Positions 21,715 through 31,726 of a DNA stretch of 64,000 bases are shown here, piece by piece (the stretch's first letter is position 1; the number at the start of each line of letters is the position of its first letter). The stretch is taken from NCBI GenBank assembly GCA_943788195.1, contig CALSPH010000001.1, forward strand, positions 829,467 to 893,466, written 5' to 3'. Made by a program: the position numbers and the translations under genes. Origin of the DNA: an uncultured Bacteroidia bacterium (GTDB lineage: Bacteria > Bacteroidota > Bacteroidia > NS11-12g > UBA955). The notes under the pieces are model-generated. The model saw nothing but the letters and a program-made list of their open reading frames with translations. It made no database searches and had not been told where the DNA came from.

Positions 21715-22172
21715 TCATTTTATTTCAACCGTTATACTTTGTATATTGCCATTGGCGTCTTCGTAGTAGACTTTCACTCCGCATGGATTATCACTGGGTT
21801 CTGAACTGATGAATTTGCCTGGAACAGTAGGAGGGGTGCAATTAAATCGCGAGCCATCATTGATGTTTATGGCACGCACATAGATTCTTCCTTGCCCCTC
21901 TGCCATTAACGCTTTTATGGTTCCACCACATGTGATGGAGGTTCCCTTAAGCTTGCCATATACTGTAGTTTACCCAAGTCGGGAGGCATCTTTATCCATC
22001 ATTTTAGTAACATTATTGTTAGAATCATACACTCCTGAAACAAAACGGTTCCCATTGGGAAGTAGATTGGTTTGTAAGTCAAATAATGAATCACCCAGAA
22101 TTCCTAAGCCTGGGCTGATATGCACAATGGGAGAATCGGGACAAATAATATACGAAGTAAATGATTCTCCAT
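21715..22172 (-). pseudogene. Small secreted/lipoprotein gene remnant with one frameshift and one in-frame TAA
   Basis: Minus-strand ATG at 22170-22172 gives signal peptide MENHLLRILFVPILPLCISAQA, followed immediately by a stop. The body continues in another frame (GLGILGDSLFDLQTNLLPNGNRFVSGVYDSNNNVTKMMDKDASRLG). An in-frame TAA follows, then the annotated 63-aa ORF (21715..21906). Confidence 0.3.
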
Positions 22173-22280
22173 TTTAAACTGCAGTAGAAAACCATTGCAC
22201 AAATAGACGAAAAAACACTTACCACATTTTGGGAGTTAGGAGGTAAAGCAAGAGAGTGGTGTCTATGAGGCAGTAGGAAA

Positions 22281-23660
22281 CTATTCGAAAATCAGCTTCC
22301 CCTGCATCGGGGTAGGTTTACCGTCTAAGAAAATTTGGTAAATGTACGTTCCTGGACTTAGCTTACCTCGTTGCACAAGCGTAGTACGAAACATTGTTGG
22401 GGTTTGCATTACCACTTGCCCGAGAATATTGTAGAGTTTAAGTCGTATCTTTAGGTTGCTGTCTCCTTCAATAAAAACGGTAAAGCCATTTGCCACAGGA
22501 TTAGGACCTAGTTTAACGTTTATTGGACCCCTATTAACACTATCTTTTATAGGTTTTGGTTCAAATACATAAAGACCGGTTTGCATGTCTGAAACCAATA
22601 TCTTTCCAGAAGGAAGTAGCGGGTAAACACCCCAAGCTCCGCAGAAACTTCTGCAGTTTGAATCAAGGTAAGTGTCATAATAGGCATACCTCCTAGGTTG
22701 TTTAGGGTCTGAAATATCGTATACATAAAGGCCCTCATTGTAGTAGGAAACATACATAAGATTTCCTTTGATGATGAGATTATGCACCATTGAGGAATCA
22801 GGAGGTGCTTTAACCGTACTCAATACTTTAATATCAGGAAGGGCACTTGCATCACATATTTTAACAGGGCTAGTGGGCGTTTCATCTGCAAAAGCATAGA
22901 CCGTGCCTTCTTCATTAAGCCAACCTGAATGATTGTATCCGATACCGGGGTAAAAGAAGAGATGATCCAATTCTTTGGGGGCTTCTGGATTGGCAAAGTC
23001 AAATACCTTAAGACCCTCGGTGGCCATATTTAAGTAGACGGTGTCGTTTCTCACGAAGGCATCATGGCAATCGCTTTGGGTAACATAGTCGCCTAGAAAT
23101 CTAGGTTTTTGAGGGTTTTCTAACGATAAAATACGAACGCCTGCAGTACGGTTAAAAGTCTTTTCGGAATATACCGCCATAGCATATAAAAGGGCACTGG
23201 ACGAATCAATAAAAATGTTGTGTGCAATATTGATAAATTCATCTGAATCGTAGACGAGGTGAACTGAGTCGGGAAGATATTGCAGATCTACAATTTGCAT
23301 TGTGCTATTCCCTTCTCCGCAAACCATGTATAGATAACCCTTGTAATCGTGATAATCGCGGTGAATTACTCTATATCCAAATAGGGCTCCCTGCACGAAA
23401 TCCACTTCTCGTAAGTCGCTGGTATCTGTGACATCAATAAAATGGGTTCCTTGAGTTGAACCGATTACCGCATATTCCCTTGTTCCTTGTTTAAATCCCC
23501 AAACCTCATTGTAGGTATTGTTGTAGAGCACGGTAGAAGGGAGACTGTCTTTAGACCAAGTGCCTACCAGATTGATATTGGGATCTAATTGAGCACTAAG
23601 TGTTCCACTCATTGCAAGCAGGAGAATACTTAAAATTGTCGGTCGAAAAAAAAGCTTCAT
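22281..23660 (-). CDS. T9SS-secreted β-propeller (LVIVD-like repeat) protein with a C-terminal sorting domain
   Basis: 459 aa. Signal peptide. Repeated ~40-aa YxxD/VxD blades. C-terminal 'KLYNILGQVV...GTYIYQIFLDGK...GKLI' Por_Secre_tail. Confidence 0.6.
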   Translation of the reverse strand: MKLFFRPTILSILLLAMSGTLSAQLDPNINLVGTWSKDSLPSTVLYNNTYNEVWGFKQGTREYAVIGSTQGTHFIDVTDTSDLREVDFVQGALFGYRVIHRDYHDYKGYLYMVCGEGNSTMQIVDLQYLPDSVHLVYDSDEFINIAHNIFIDSSSALLYAMAVYSEKTFNRTAGVRILSLENPQKPRFLGDYVTQSDCHDAFVRNDTVYLNMATEGLKVFDFANPEAPKELDHLFFYPGIGYNHSGWLNEEGTVYAFADETPTSPVKICDASALPDIKVLSTVKAPPDSSMVHNLIIKGNLMYVSYYNEGLYVYDISDPKQPRRYAYYDTYLDSNCRSFCGAWGVYPLLPSGKILVSDMQTGLYVFEPKPIKDSVNRGPINVKLGPNPVANGFTVFIEGDSNLKIRLKLYNILGQVVMQTPTMFRTTLVQRGKLSPGTYIYQIFLDGKPTPMQGKLIFE

Positions 23661-23909
23661 GATTGTGGTACAAAGTAAATCTTATTCCAAAAATAAACCA
23701 GTTCTATTTGAGCAGTTGAAGGAATCGATTTAGCAACGGGAAGTCAATGCCTTTAAATTTAATATGGCTGGATATTAACTTAATTGTAAGAAATGAACTA
23801 TGGTTCTCAATGTCGCCAGAGGTAATCATTGGTTTATTAAATAAGGCATGATTAGTTTTTTTTCTGAAAAACTAAAATATTCTAAATTCTCTATCCCTCA
23901 AAACAAATC

Positions 23910-23917
23910 CTTAAATT
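23910..23917 (+). promoter_or_regulatory. Candidate Bacteroidota σA -7 element (TAAATTTG) upstream of tyrS
   Basis: Exact match to TAnnTTTG, ending 15 nt before the tyrS ATG at 23933, inside a 270-nt AT-rich intergenic region. Confidence 0.3.
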
Positions 23918-23932
23918 TGCCCATCTATACCC

Positions 23933-25210
23933 ATGACCAATTTTATACAAGAACTGAAATGGCGCGGCATGATCCACGATATGATGCCCGGAACCGAAGA
24001 GCAATTTGCCAAGGAGATGACCTCCGCCTATATTGGCTTTGACCCTACAGGAGATTCGCTACATATCGGTAGCTTGGTGCAAATCATGATCTTAGTTCAC
24101 CTGCAAAAAGCAGGACATAAGCCCTATGCTTTGGTAGGTGGTGCTACAGGAATGGTAGGCGATCCTTCAGGCAAAAGCAAAGAACGGAACTTGTTGGATG
24201 CGGAAACCTTAAATCATAATTTAAGCTGTATTCAATCGCAATTAGAACAATTCTTGGATTTTGAATCGGTTGATAATGCAGCTGAAGTAGTCAATAATTA
24301 TGATTGGTTTGAAGGCATGAGTTTTTTGGATTTCATCAGAGATGTTGGAAAGCACATATCTGTGAATTATATGTTGGCCAAAGATTCCGTGAAGTCACGT
24401 CTTTCTACAGGTATGTCGTTCACCGAATTCAGTTACCAATTGGTACAAGGCTATGATTTTTATTGGCTGTGGAAACACAAACAATGTAAAGTGCAATTAG
24501 GAGGAAGTGATCAATGGGGCAATATTGTAACCGGTACAGAACTCATCCGCAGAAAAGGTGGAGGCGAAGCATTTGCATGCACCACGCCTTTAATCAAGAA
24601 AGCAGATGGTTCCAAATTTGGGAAGACCGAAAGTGGAAACGTATGGTTGGATGCCAATAAAACATCACCTTACCAATTCTATCAATACTGGATTAATGCA
24701 TCGGACGAAGATGCATCCAACTACATCAAGATCTTTACCTTGAAGACCCAGGAAGAAACAGAAACCATCCTTGCAGAACATGCAGAAGCACCGCATCAGC
24801 GAAAATTACAAATAGCTTTGGCAGAAGATATTACTACCCGGGTACATGGAAGTGAAGCTTTGCTGGAAGCACAACAAGCCAGTAAAATATTGTTCGGTAA
24901 ATCCAGTTTAGATGATTTATTGACGGTGAAGCCTGCTTCATTGGAATCTGCTTTTGATGCAGATCGCTCGTTTGAAATTAGTAAGGAACAGATTGCTGCA
25001 GGTATGCCTGTGTTGGATTTAGTGGCTCAAGCGATTCCTATTTTTGCAAGTAAGGGAGAAGCTAAACGCATGATCAAGGGCAATGGCCTAAGCATAAAAA
25101 AAGAAAAAGTAACGGATGATACTGCCATCATTAATGAGGCGCATTTAATCCACAACAAATATTTATTCGTACAACGTGGAAAGAACTTTTATTTAATCAA
25201 AACGGTATAA
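23933..25210 (+). CDS. tyrS: Tyrosine--tRNA ligase
   Basis: 425 aa. HIGH motif (GFDPTGDSLHIGSL). KMSKS variant (KFGKTESG). C-terminal S4 domain. Confidence 0.95.
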   Translation: MTNFIQELKWRGMIHDMMPGTEEQFAKEMTSAYIGFDPTGDSLHIGSLVQIMILVHLQKAGHKPYALVGGATGMVGDPSGKSKERNLLDAETLNHNLSCIQSQLEQFLDFESVDNAAEVVNNYDWFEGMSFLDFIRDVGKHISVNYMLAKDSVKSRLSTGMSFTEFSYQLVQGYDFYWLWKHKQCKVQLGGSDQWGNIVTGTELIRRKGGGEAFACTTPLIKKADGSKFGKTESGNVWLDANKTSPYQFYQYWINASDEDASNYIKIFTLKTQEETETILAEHAEAPHQRKLQIALAEDITTRVHGSEALLEAQQASKILFGKSSLDDLLTVKPASLESAFDADRSFEISKEQIAAGMPVLDLVAQAIPIFASKGEAKRMIKGNGLSIKKEKVTDDTAIINEAHLIHNKYLFVQRGKNFYLIKTV

Positions 25211-26064
25211 TGAGCAATTATAAAACCATCATTCCAGCAGAGGTGAGTGTCCCTGAGATACATCACGCTCTTTTAGGGTCCATAGGTCCTCGACCGATCT
25301 GCTTTGCCAGTACAGTCGACCTAAACGGGACCCCAAATTTGGCGCCATTTAGTTTCTTCAATGTGTTCAGTGCTAAACCTCCGATTTTAGTTTTTTCGCC
25401 TGCTCGAAGTGGAAGGACGGGAGAGGCTAAACATACCCATTTAAATGTGAAGCAAGTTCCAGAAGTAGTTATCAATGTGGTTACCTATGAGATGGTGAAC
25501 CAAATGAGTTTGGCGAGCAGTCCTTTTGAACGTGGTGTAGATGAGTTTAAGAAAGCGGGATTTACACCTGTGCCATCTGATTTGGTAAAGCCTGCGCGAG
25601 TAGGTGAAAGCCCAGTGCAATTGGAATGCAAGGTCAACGAAGTGATTGAATTGGGCGATAGTGGAGGTGCTGGAAATTTAATTGTAGCAGAAGTTTTGAA
25701 AATGCACATCCGCGAAGATATTTTGATGGACAATGGAAAAATTGATCAAGAAAAGATCGATTTAATCGCCCGAATGGGGGGTGATTGGTATTGCAGAGCG
25801 AATGGAGAGGCATTGTTTGAGGTGGCCAAACCGATATCTACTATTGGTATTGGCATAGATAAATTGCCCAAACATGTCAAGGATTCGCATAAACTTACGG
25901 GCAATCAACTGGGTCTTTTGGGTAGTGCCGAGCGCGAGCCCAATGACGATGAGATAGATGAAGTTCGCAGTTTAGGACTCAGCTTTGAAGAGCGCCTAAA
26001 TATGGCTATCGTTTCTTTAGATTTTGACATATATAGATCCCTATCATTGGTTTGGTTGCCTTAA
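25210..26064 (+). CDS. Flavin reductase family protein (FMN-binding split barrel)
   Basis: 284 aa. 'RPICFASTVDLNGTPNLAPFSFF' is typical of flavin reductase-like domains. 1-nt overlap with the tyrS stop. Confidence 0.75.
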   Translation: MSNYKTIIPAEVSVPEIHHALLGSIGPRPICFASTVDLNGTPNLAPFSFFNVFSAKPPILVFSPARSGRTGEAKHTHLNVKQVPEVVINVVTYEMVNQMSLASSPFERGVDEFKKAGFTPVPSDLVKPARVGESPVQLECKVNEVIELGDSGGAGNLIVAEVLKMHIREDILMDNGKIDQEKIDLIARMGGDWYCRANGEALFEVAKPISTIGIGIDKLPKHVKDSHKLTGNQLGLLGSAEREPNDDEIDEVRSLGLSFEERLNMAIVSLDFDIYRSLSLVWLP

Positions 26065-26961
26065 ATGGATAATTCAGACATCATATTGAAACTTGCGGAA
26101 GGGGATGTCCGAACGATTGCTAAAACATTAACCTTAGTTGAGAATGAATCGGAGGGGTCTAAAGAATTGCTTGCGCATATGCCGTTTGATCGGAAAGTGC
26201 CCATTATAGGTATAACTGGTCCTCCAGGAGCAGGTAAAAGTTCGGTAGTCAACGCATGTATTACTAAACTAATGGAACAAGATAAGAAGGTTGCTGTCTT
26301 GGCGGTTGATCCTTCTTCACCATTTAATTATGGGTCATTATTAGGTGATCGGGTTCGTATGGAAGCGCATTTCAACAATGAAAATGTGTTTATTCGTTCC
26401 GTTGCTTCACGGGGACATTTGGGTGGATTGAGTACACGCATTTATGAAATGGCTGATGTACTTCGCAACGCGCATTTTGATTATATATTTATCGAGACCG
26501 TAGGTGTTGGGCAAAGCGAAGTGGAGATTGCGGGTATCGCTGATATTACCGTTGTTGTACTGGTGCCAGAGGCAGGGGATGATGTACAGGCAATGAAATC
26601 TGGAGTGATGGAAATTGCGGACGTTTTTGTGGTTAACAAAAGTGATCGGGAAGGGGCCGGAAGGTTTGCGAGTACACTTAAAACGCTCATCCATACGCAA
26701 GATAGAAATGTAGAAGTGATCTCTGCGGTTGCTATAAAGAGCGAGGGGATAGACGAATTGCTGTTGGAAATTGATAAGCTGCATCAAAACAATGGGTTGG
26801 ATGAAAAGAAGGTCCATTTGCTGGCTCATCGAACTTGGAGTCTACTTTCTGCACAACTAATGAAGCGCTTTCAATATGAAGAAGTGGTAAATGAATTGAA
26901 AGGAGCCATGCAGCAAACAAATTTCAATATCTATCGTTACATTCAAAATAAGCTACAATGA
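26065..26961 (+). CDS. meaB: G3E-family P-loop GTPase MeaB/ArgK (methylmalonyl-CoA mutase-associated metallochaperone family)
   Basis: 298 aa. Walker A 'GITGPPGAGKSS'. 'ETVGVGQSE' switch/Walker B. 'VVNKSD' (NKxD) GTP-specificity motif. Confidence 0.85.
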   Translation: MDNSDIILKLAEGDVRTIAKTLTLVENESEGSKELLAHMPFDRKVPIIGITGPPGAGKSSVVNACITKLMEQDKKVAVLAVDPSSPFNYGSLLGDRVRMEAHFNNENVFIRSVASRGHLGGLSTRIYEMADVLRNAHFDYIFIETVGVGQSEVEIAGIADITVVVLVPEAGDDVQAMKSGVMEIADVFVVNKSDREGAGRFASTLKTLIHTQDRNVEVISAVAIKSEGIDELLLEIDKLHQNNGLDEKKVHLLAHRTWSLLSAQLMKRFQYEEVVNELKGAMQQTNFNIYRYIQNKLQ

Positions 26962-27512
26962 TTACAATCCTCAGCGGTTCAGCAAGACATAATGCCAATA
27001 CACTTCGCGTAGCGAAAGCTGCACAGCAGGAAATAAACAACGCGAATATTTCAGCCGAGATCATTGACTTTAAGGATTTTGACATTCCCAATTATAATCA
27101 GCGTTTTGATCCTGCGAATTTAAGCACATGGCAACAAGGCGCATTAGATTCAATACTCAAATCTAAATTGGTCATTTTTATTTCACCTGAATACAATTGG
27201 ATGCCCACTGCAGAAATGATTCAATTCATCAATCGTTTCAGTGGGAATGGATTAAACCATATTTGGGACAACCGAACATTCGCAACCATTGGATTGTCTT
27301 CTGGCATTGGAGGGAGATTGCCAGCATTGCATCTAAAAAATATGATTGATGAGGTAATTGGGTATTCTAAGTCTTCTGGTAAAACTGTGTCCGCAATACA
27401 AGAAGTTAACTATGTGATGGATGTTATCGACATTGATGGGAACCTCTTGGAGAATGAATTGTTTAATCAATCTTTTAGCGGCTTTATTAAAAGCCTGTGT
27501 GCTTTAGTATAA
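26958..27512 (+). CDS. NADPH-dependent FMN reductase family protein
   Basis: 184 aa. 'ILSGSARHNANT' N-terminal flavodoxin-like fold. ATGA overlap with meaB. Confidence 0.7.
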   Translation: MITILSGSARHNANTLRVAKAAQQEINNANISAEIIDFKDFDIPNYNQRFDPANLSTWQQGALDSILKSKLVIFISPEYNWMPTAEMIQFINRFSGNGLNHIWDNRTFATIGLSSGIGGRLPALHLKNMIDEVIGYSKSSGKTVSAIQEVNYVMDVIDIDGNLLENELFNQSFSGFIKSLCALV

Positions 27513-27598
27513 AACTGTTTCAATAAGAAATTAATTTCTTTAGCATCTATTTTTAAATATAAAAGAAACAATATCTTTGCAGCAAATAATATAAAGGA

Positions 27599-27931
27599 AT
27601 GATTAACGCAGAAGCAAACACCCTGATTGAAAAAATTCAAAAAGAAGCAGCCAAAAATGGTTTTGGAGCGAAGGTTGTAAAACTACTTCAAGAATTGCGT
27701 CCTTTGGCATTGGCAGAGGAAGACCCTTTACTTACCCGCAGTGTGCGAATCACCTATGAGTTCATTGAGTCTATGGAAGGATTTGATATTCCATTACCAG
27801 AAGAAGCAGAAATAGAAGGGGACGCTGCTGAATTATTTGATTACTTATGCGGTCTTTGGATTAAATCTGACAATAAATATAACCGCGATGAAATTCGTGA
27901 GTTGACCGATAGCATGACTAATTCGTATTAG
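27599..27931 (+). CDS. Hypothetical acidic protein
   Basis: 110 aa ORF with good coding look and no recognisable motif. Confidence 0.3.
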   Translation: MINAEANTLIEKIQKEAAKNGFGAKVVKLLQELRPLALAEEDPLLTRSVRITYEFIESMEGFDIPLPEEAEIEGDAAELFDYLCGLWIKSDNKYNRDEIRELTDSMTNSY

Positions 27932-27932
27932 T

Positions 27933-29507
27933 TTAAACTGCATTAACCTGTTCTCGATTTTTTAAATAGGCTTTAATTTCCTCTAGGAGATGTGGGCTAT
28001 TCGATAGGCGCGGTACCTTGTGCTGGCCTCCCAATTTATTTTTCTGGGTCAACCATTGTTCAAAAACGTTTTCATCAACTATTTTGATTTTCGGAAAACT
28101 CATGGCCAAATCACCTTTTCTTTTAGCGGCATAATCTGAATTTAATGTACACAAAGCGGCATCAAAGTCTCTTTTAAAAGCCCACTCATCTTTTGGAAGT
28201 TTGCTTAAGCAAATGAGCCATTCATGTGTGCCAACAGCCTCCTTTTCCGCTTGAAAAAACAAAGGAGCAGCAGTATAATCGATTAGTTCTGTGAAGTGTT
28301 TTTTGCAGGTAACCTCAAAGGCGTTATCTGCGTTGTGCACCATAAGTTCTTCCCCAAATGCATTGATGAAATGTTTGGTTCTGCCCGTAATTATAAACTG
28401 TGGTGGAGAGGTGCAGGTAAATCGAATGGTATCTCCAATTCGGTAGCGCCATAATCCCGAGTTAGTGCTTATTAATAGTTCATAATTCACACCTGCCTGA
28501 ATATCATTGACATCGCATACTTCCTTGGTTTTTAGATCAATAAATTCATAGAATATTCCGTATTGTGGCATTAATGTAAGCACAGGTTTTTCATCAATTT
28601 GCAATCCGAAAAAACCCTCACTGGCGTTATAGGTTTCTATAAAACTAATGTTTCGATGCCCAATTAATTTGAGAAATTGCTCTTTATAAGGTATCATGGA
28701 AATTCCCCCATGAATAAACAATTCTAGGTTGGGCCAAACTTCTGAGATGTATTTTTTACGCGACAATTCCAGTACTTTTTTCAGCACCACTATGGTCCAA
28801 GTTGGAACACCTGAGATACTGGTCACATTCTCTTCAATCGTAGCCCGTGCCATCTTTTCAATTTTCTCATCCCAATCTTCCAATAGGGCGATGCTTAAAT
28901 CAGGAGTTTTGGCCATATTAGCCCAAAAGGGCATCTCATTCATAAGTACTGCGGATAAATCGCCATAATTTGAGCCATTTCCTAAGGGATTAGTTTGATT
29001 GCTTCCTCCAATTAATAAACCTTTACCGCCAAAAAGCATGGAGTTGGCATTTTGATGGTATTGAATGCACAGAATGTCTTTTCCGGCCTCAAAATGGCAG
29101 TTTTCAAGCGTTTCATAGCTTACAGGGATAAACTTGCTTCGGTCGTTTGTGGTACCACTGCTTTTGGCGAACCATGCAATGCTTGATGGCCAGCTCACAT
29201 CCTGCTTGCCGGTCAGCATGCGTTCGATATATGGGTAAAATTCTTCATAGCCCATGATCGGCACTTTTGCTTTGAATTCAGCATAACTCTTAATGTCAGC
29301 GAAACCGTATTCACGTCCCATTTCAGTTTCTTTTGCCATTGCCAAAAGATCAAATAGCGTATCCTTTTGAATTTCAGTATAATTAGTCAGCGCTTTGGCG
29401 ATATTCTTATATCTGCTTTTAAAATACCATGAACCCAATGTATTGACCAATCCCATCAATACAAAGCTATTATTAATAAATAATATATCAATCATATTGG
29501 AAAGCAA
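27933..29507 (-). CDS. GH3-family (auxin-responsive GH3-like) adenylate-forming protein
   Basis: 524 aa. 'FAKSSGTTNDRSKFIPVS' AMP-binding-like motif. Typical Bacteroidota GH3 domain architecture. Confidence 0.8.
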   Translation of the reverse strand: MLSNMIDILFINNSFVLMGLVNTLGSWYFKSRYKNIAKALTNYTEIQKDTLFDLLAMAKETEMGREYGFADIKSYAEFKAKVPIMGYEEFYPYIERMLTGKQDVSWPSSIAWFAKSSGTTNDRSKFIPVSYETLENCHFEAGKDILCIQYHQNANSMLFGGKGLLIGGSNQTNPLGNGSNYGDLSAVLMNEMPFWANMAKTPDLSIALLEDWDEKIEKMARATIEENVTSISGVPTWTIVVLKKVLELSRKKYISEVWPNLELFIHGGISMIPYKEQFLKLIGHRNISFIETYNASEGFFGLQIDEKPVLTLMPQYGIFYEFIDLKTKEVCDVNDIQAGVNYELLISTNSGLWRYRIGDTIRFTCTSPPQFIITGRTKHFINAFGEELMVHNADNAFEVTCKKHFTELIDYTAAPLFFQAEKEAVGTHEWLICLSKLPKDEWAFKRDFDAALCTLNSDYAAKRKGDLAMSFPKIKIVDENVFEQWLTQKNKLGGQHKVPRLSNSPHLLEEIKAYLKNREQVNAV

Positions 29508-29509
29508 AA

Positions 29510-30481
29510 ATGATAGCGGTATTTTGCGGTATGCAAAACGCTATTTGTTCACTATTTGGGATTAGATACCCATTGATTCAGGCGGGCATGATTTGGTGCA
29601 GTGGCTGGGAGTTAGCAAGCGCAGTAAGTAATGCGGGCGGGTTGGGAATTATTGGTTCAGGAAGCATGTATCCCGAAGTGCTTAGAGAGCATATTAAAAA
29701 ATGTAAAAAAGCAACGGATCAACCTTTTGCAGTGAATATCCCCTTATTGTATCCGGATATTGATCAACATATCGATTCGGTAATTGAATTGGGTGTACCC
29801 ATTGTTTTTACAAGTGCAGGAAATCCAGCCAAGTATACCCCACGGCTTAAAGAAGCTGGCATTATTGTAGTGCATGTAATCGCGAACGAGAAATTTGCCT
29901 TAAAAGCGGAGTCTGCTGGAGTGGATGCAGTAGTAGCGGAAGGCTTTGAGGCGGGTGGACATAACGGTCGTGAAGAGACCACAACATTATGCCTTATTCC
30001 ATTGATTAAAAGAGCGGTTGATATACCGGTTATTGCTGCCGGTGGAATTGCATCGGGTGCATCTATGGCTGCCGTTATGGCGCTAGGTGCAGATGGTGTT
30101 CAAATAGGAAGCAGGTTTGTTCTTTCCGAAGAAAGCAGTGCTCATATCAATTTTAAAGATGCCGTTTCTATTGCTGGGGACGGTAAAACTCGATTATCAC
30201 TTAAAGCATTAACCCCTGTTCGATTGCTGGATAATGCTTTTGCAAGAAATGTGTATGAGGCAGAAACTGCATGCAAAACCAAAGAGGAATTGCAAGCATT
30301 ATTGGGTAAAGGTCGCTCAAAGAAGGGGATGTTTGAAGGAGATTTAGAAGAGGGAGAGCTGGAAATAGGTCAGGTTTCCGCATTCATATCCCAAATCATG
30401 CCTGCGGCAAAAATTGTAGAGGAAATCATATTGGACTATCACTATACCATTGAAAAAAGCGCCCAAAAGAAGTTTAATTAA
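29510..30481 (+). CDS. Nitronate monooxygenase/FabK-like FMN oxidoreductase (NPD family)
   Basis: TIM barrel. 'PLIQAGM...GGLGIIGSG' and 'VAEGFEAGGHNG' are NPD/FabK motifs. The true start may be the internal ATG at 29531. Confidence 0.8.
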   Translation: MIAVFCGMQNAICSLFGIRYPLIQAGMIWCSGWELASAVSNAGGLGIIGSGSMYPEVLREHIKKCKKATDQPFAVNIPLLYPDIDQHIDSVIELGVPIVFTSAGNPAKYTPRLKEAGIIVVHVIANEKFALKAESAGVDAVVAEGFEAGGHNGREETTTLCLIPLIKRAVDIPVIAAGGIASGASMAAVMALGADGVQIGSRFVLSEESSAHINFKDAVSIAGDGKTRLSLKALTPVRLLDNAFARNVYEAETACKTKEELQALLGKGRSKKGMFEGDLEEGELEIGQVSAFISQIMPAAKIVEEIILDYHYTIEKSAQKKFN

Positions 30482-30488
30482 TGCAGAA

Positions 30489-31724
30489 ATGGATTCTGGA
30501 TTAAGTAGTCATGTTTTCTCAAACGGACTGAAGTTAGTTTACAAGCAAAGTTTTGGAACAGCAACCAGTCACCTTGGTTTTGTAATTAACGCGGGTTCTC
30601 GTGATGATGGAAAGCACCCAGGCATCGCTCATTTCTTTGAGCATATGTTGTTTAGGGGTACGCATAAGCGAAGTTCTTCTCAGATTATAAATAGAATTGA
30701 ATGGGTAGGGGGTGAATTAAACGCGTTTACCGCAAAAGACATTACCGTGGTTTATGCGAATGTGCTTTCAGATTACTTTAAACGGAGTGTTGATCTTTTG
30801 TCGGACATTGTATTTAACTCCAAATTCACAGAAACGGCATTAAATAAAGAGCGCAATATTATTCGTGAGGAGATTAATTTGTATCTGGATACACCAGATG
30901 AATATTTATATGATGAGTTCCTGAACCATCTATATGCAAGTCATCCGATGGGATATAATATTTTGGGAACGGAAGAAACGATTGCTAATATTGGCATTAA
31001 AGAATTGAACACGTTCTACAATACCTATTACCAGCCACAAAACATGGTGCTGTCGGTGATTTCTGATTTGCCATATGAAAAAGTATTGGAACATTGCCAG
31101 ATACTCGAGTCAATTCAGCAAAGTAACCTCAATCCAAAGCCTAATGTCCAAGGGCTAAAAAAGTCCAGGCATTTTATTCAATCTTTGGAAAAAGATTTCA
31201 ATTTGGCGTATGTATGTCTAGGTAAAGATGCATACTCTTACAATGATCCAAAAAAGTATAATTTAATGTTGCTGAATAACATACTCGGAGGACCTGGTAT
31301 GAATAGTAAATTAAACATGACCATTCGTGAGAAAAAGGGTTTAACCTATCAGATTGATTCATCTTATACGAGCTATGATAACACAGGGGTGTTTTATATC
31401 AATTTTGCCACGGAATTGCATCAATTGGATTTAACCATTGCTTTGATTGAAAAGGAAGTCAATAAACTGTGTAAGGCACCACTTAAAGAAAGTGAATTGA
31501 AAAAGTCCAAACAGCAGTTCAAAAATCAACTACGCATGGCTGAAGAGAATAAGAATGCGCTCATGGTTTATAATGGAAAACAGATGTTGCTGCATAATAC
31601 AGTGCAGCCGTTGAATACGTATTTGAATTTAATCGATTCGGTTCATGCTGAAGATTTGCAGCGTACCGCAATTGAAATTATCCAATATGATCAACTTTCA
31701 CTACTTAAAATAGTGCCCGTTTAA
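30489..31724 (+). CDS. M16-family zinc peptidase (insulinase-like)
   Basis: Inverted zinc motif HFFEH. 'EEINLY' downstream glutamate. Start assigned to the ATG at 30489 to avoid overlap with the upstream gene. Confidence 0.8.
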   Translation: MDSGLSSHVFSNGLKLVYKQSFGTATSHLGFVINAGSRDDGKHPGIAHFFEHMLFRGTHKRSSSQIINRIEWVGGELNAFTAKDITVVYANVLSDYFKRSVDLLSDIVFNSKFTETALNKERNIIREEINLYLDTPDEYLYDEFLNHLYASHPMGYNILGTEETIANIGIKELNTFYNTYYQPQNMVLSVISDLPYEKVLEHCQILESIQQSNLNPKPNVQGLKKSRHFIQSLEKDFNLAYVCLGKDAYSYNDPKKYNLMLLNNILGGPGMNSKLNMTIREKKGLTYQIDSSYTSYDNTGVFYINFATELHQLDLTIALIEKEVNKLCKAPLKESELKKSKQQFKNQLRMAEENKNALMVYNGKQMLLHNTVQPLNTYLNLIDSVHAEDLQRTAIEIIQYDQLSLLKIVPV

Positions 31725-31726
31725 TT

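Noticed and set aside
23661-23932. 270-nt intergenic region upstream of tyrS as a T-box or other riboswitch
   Set aside because: No T-box specifier/antiterminator sequence features are present. T-boxes are essentially absent from Bacteroidota. Only a candidate -7 promoter box is reported.
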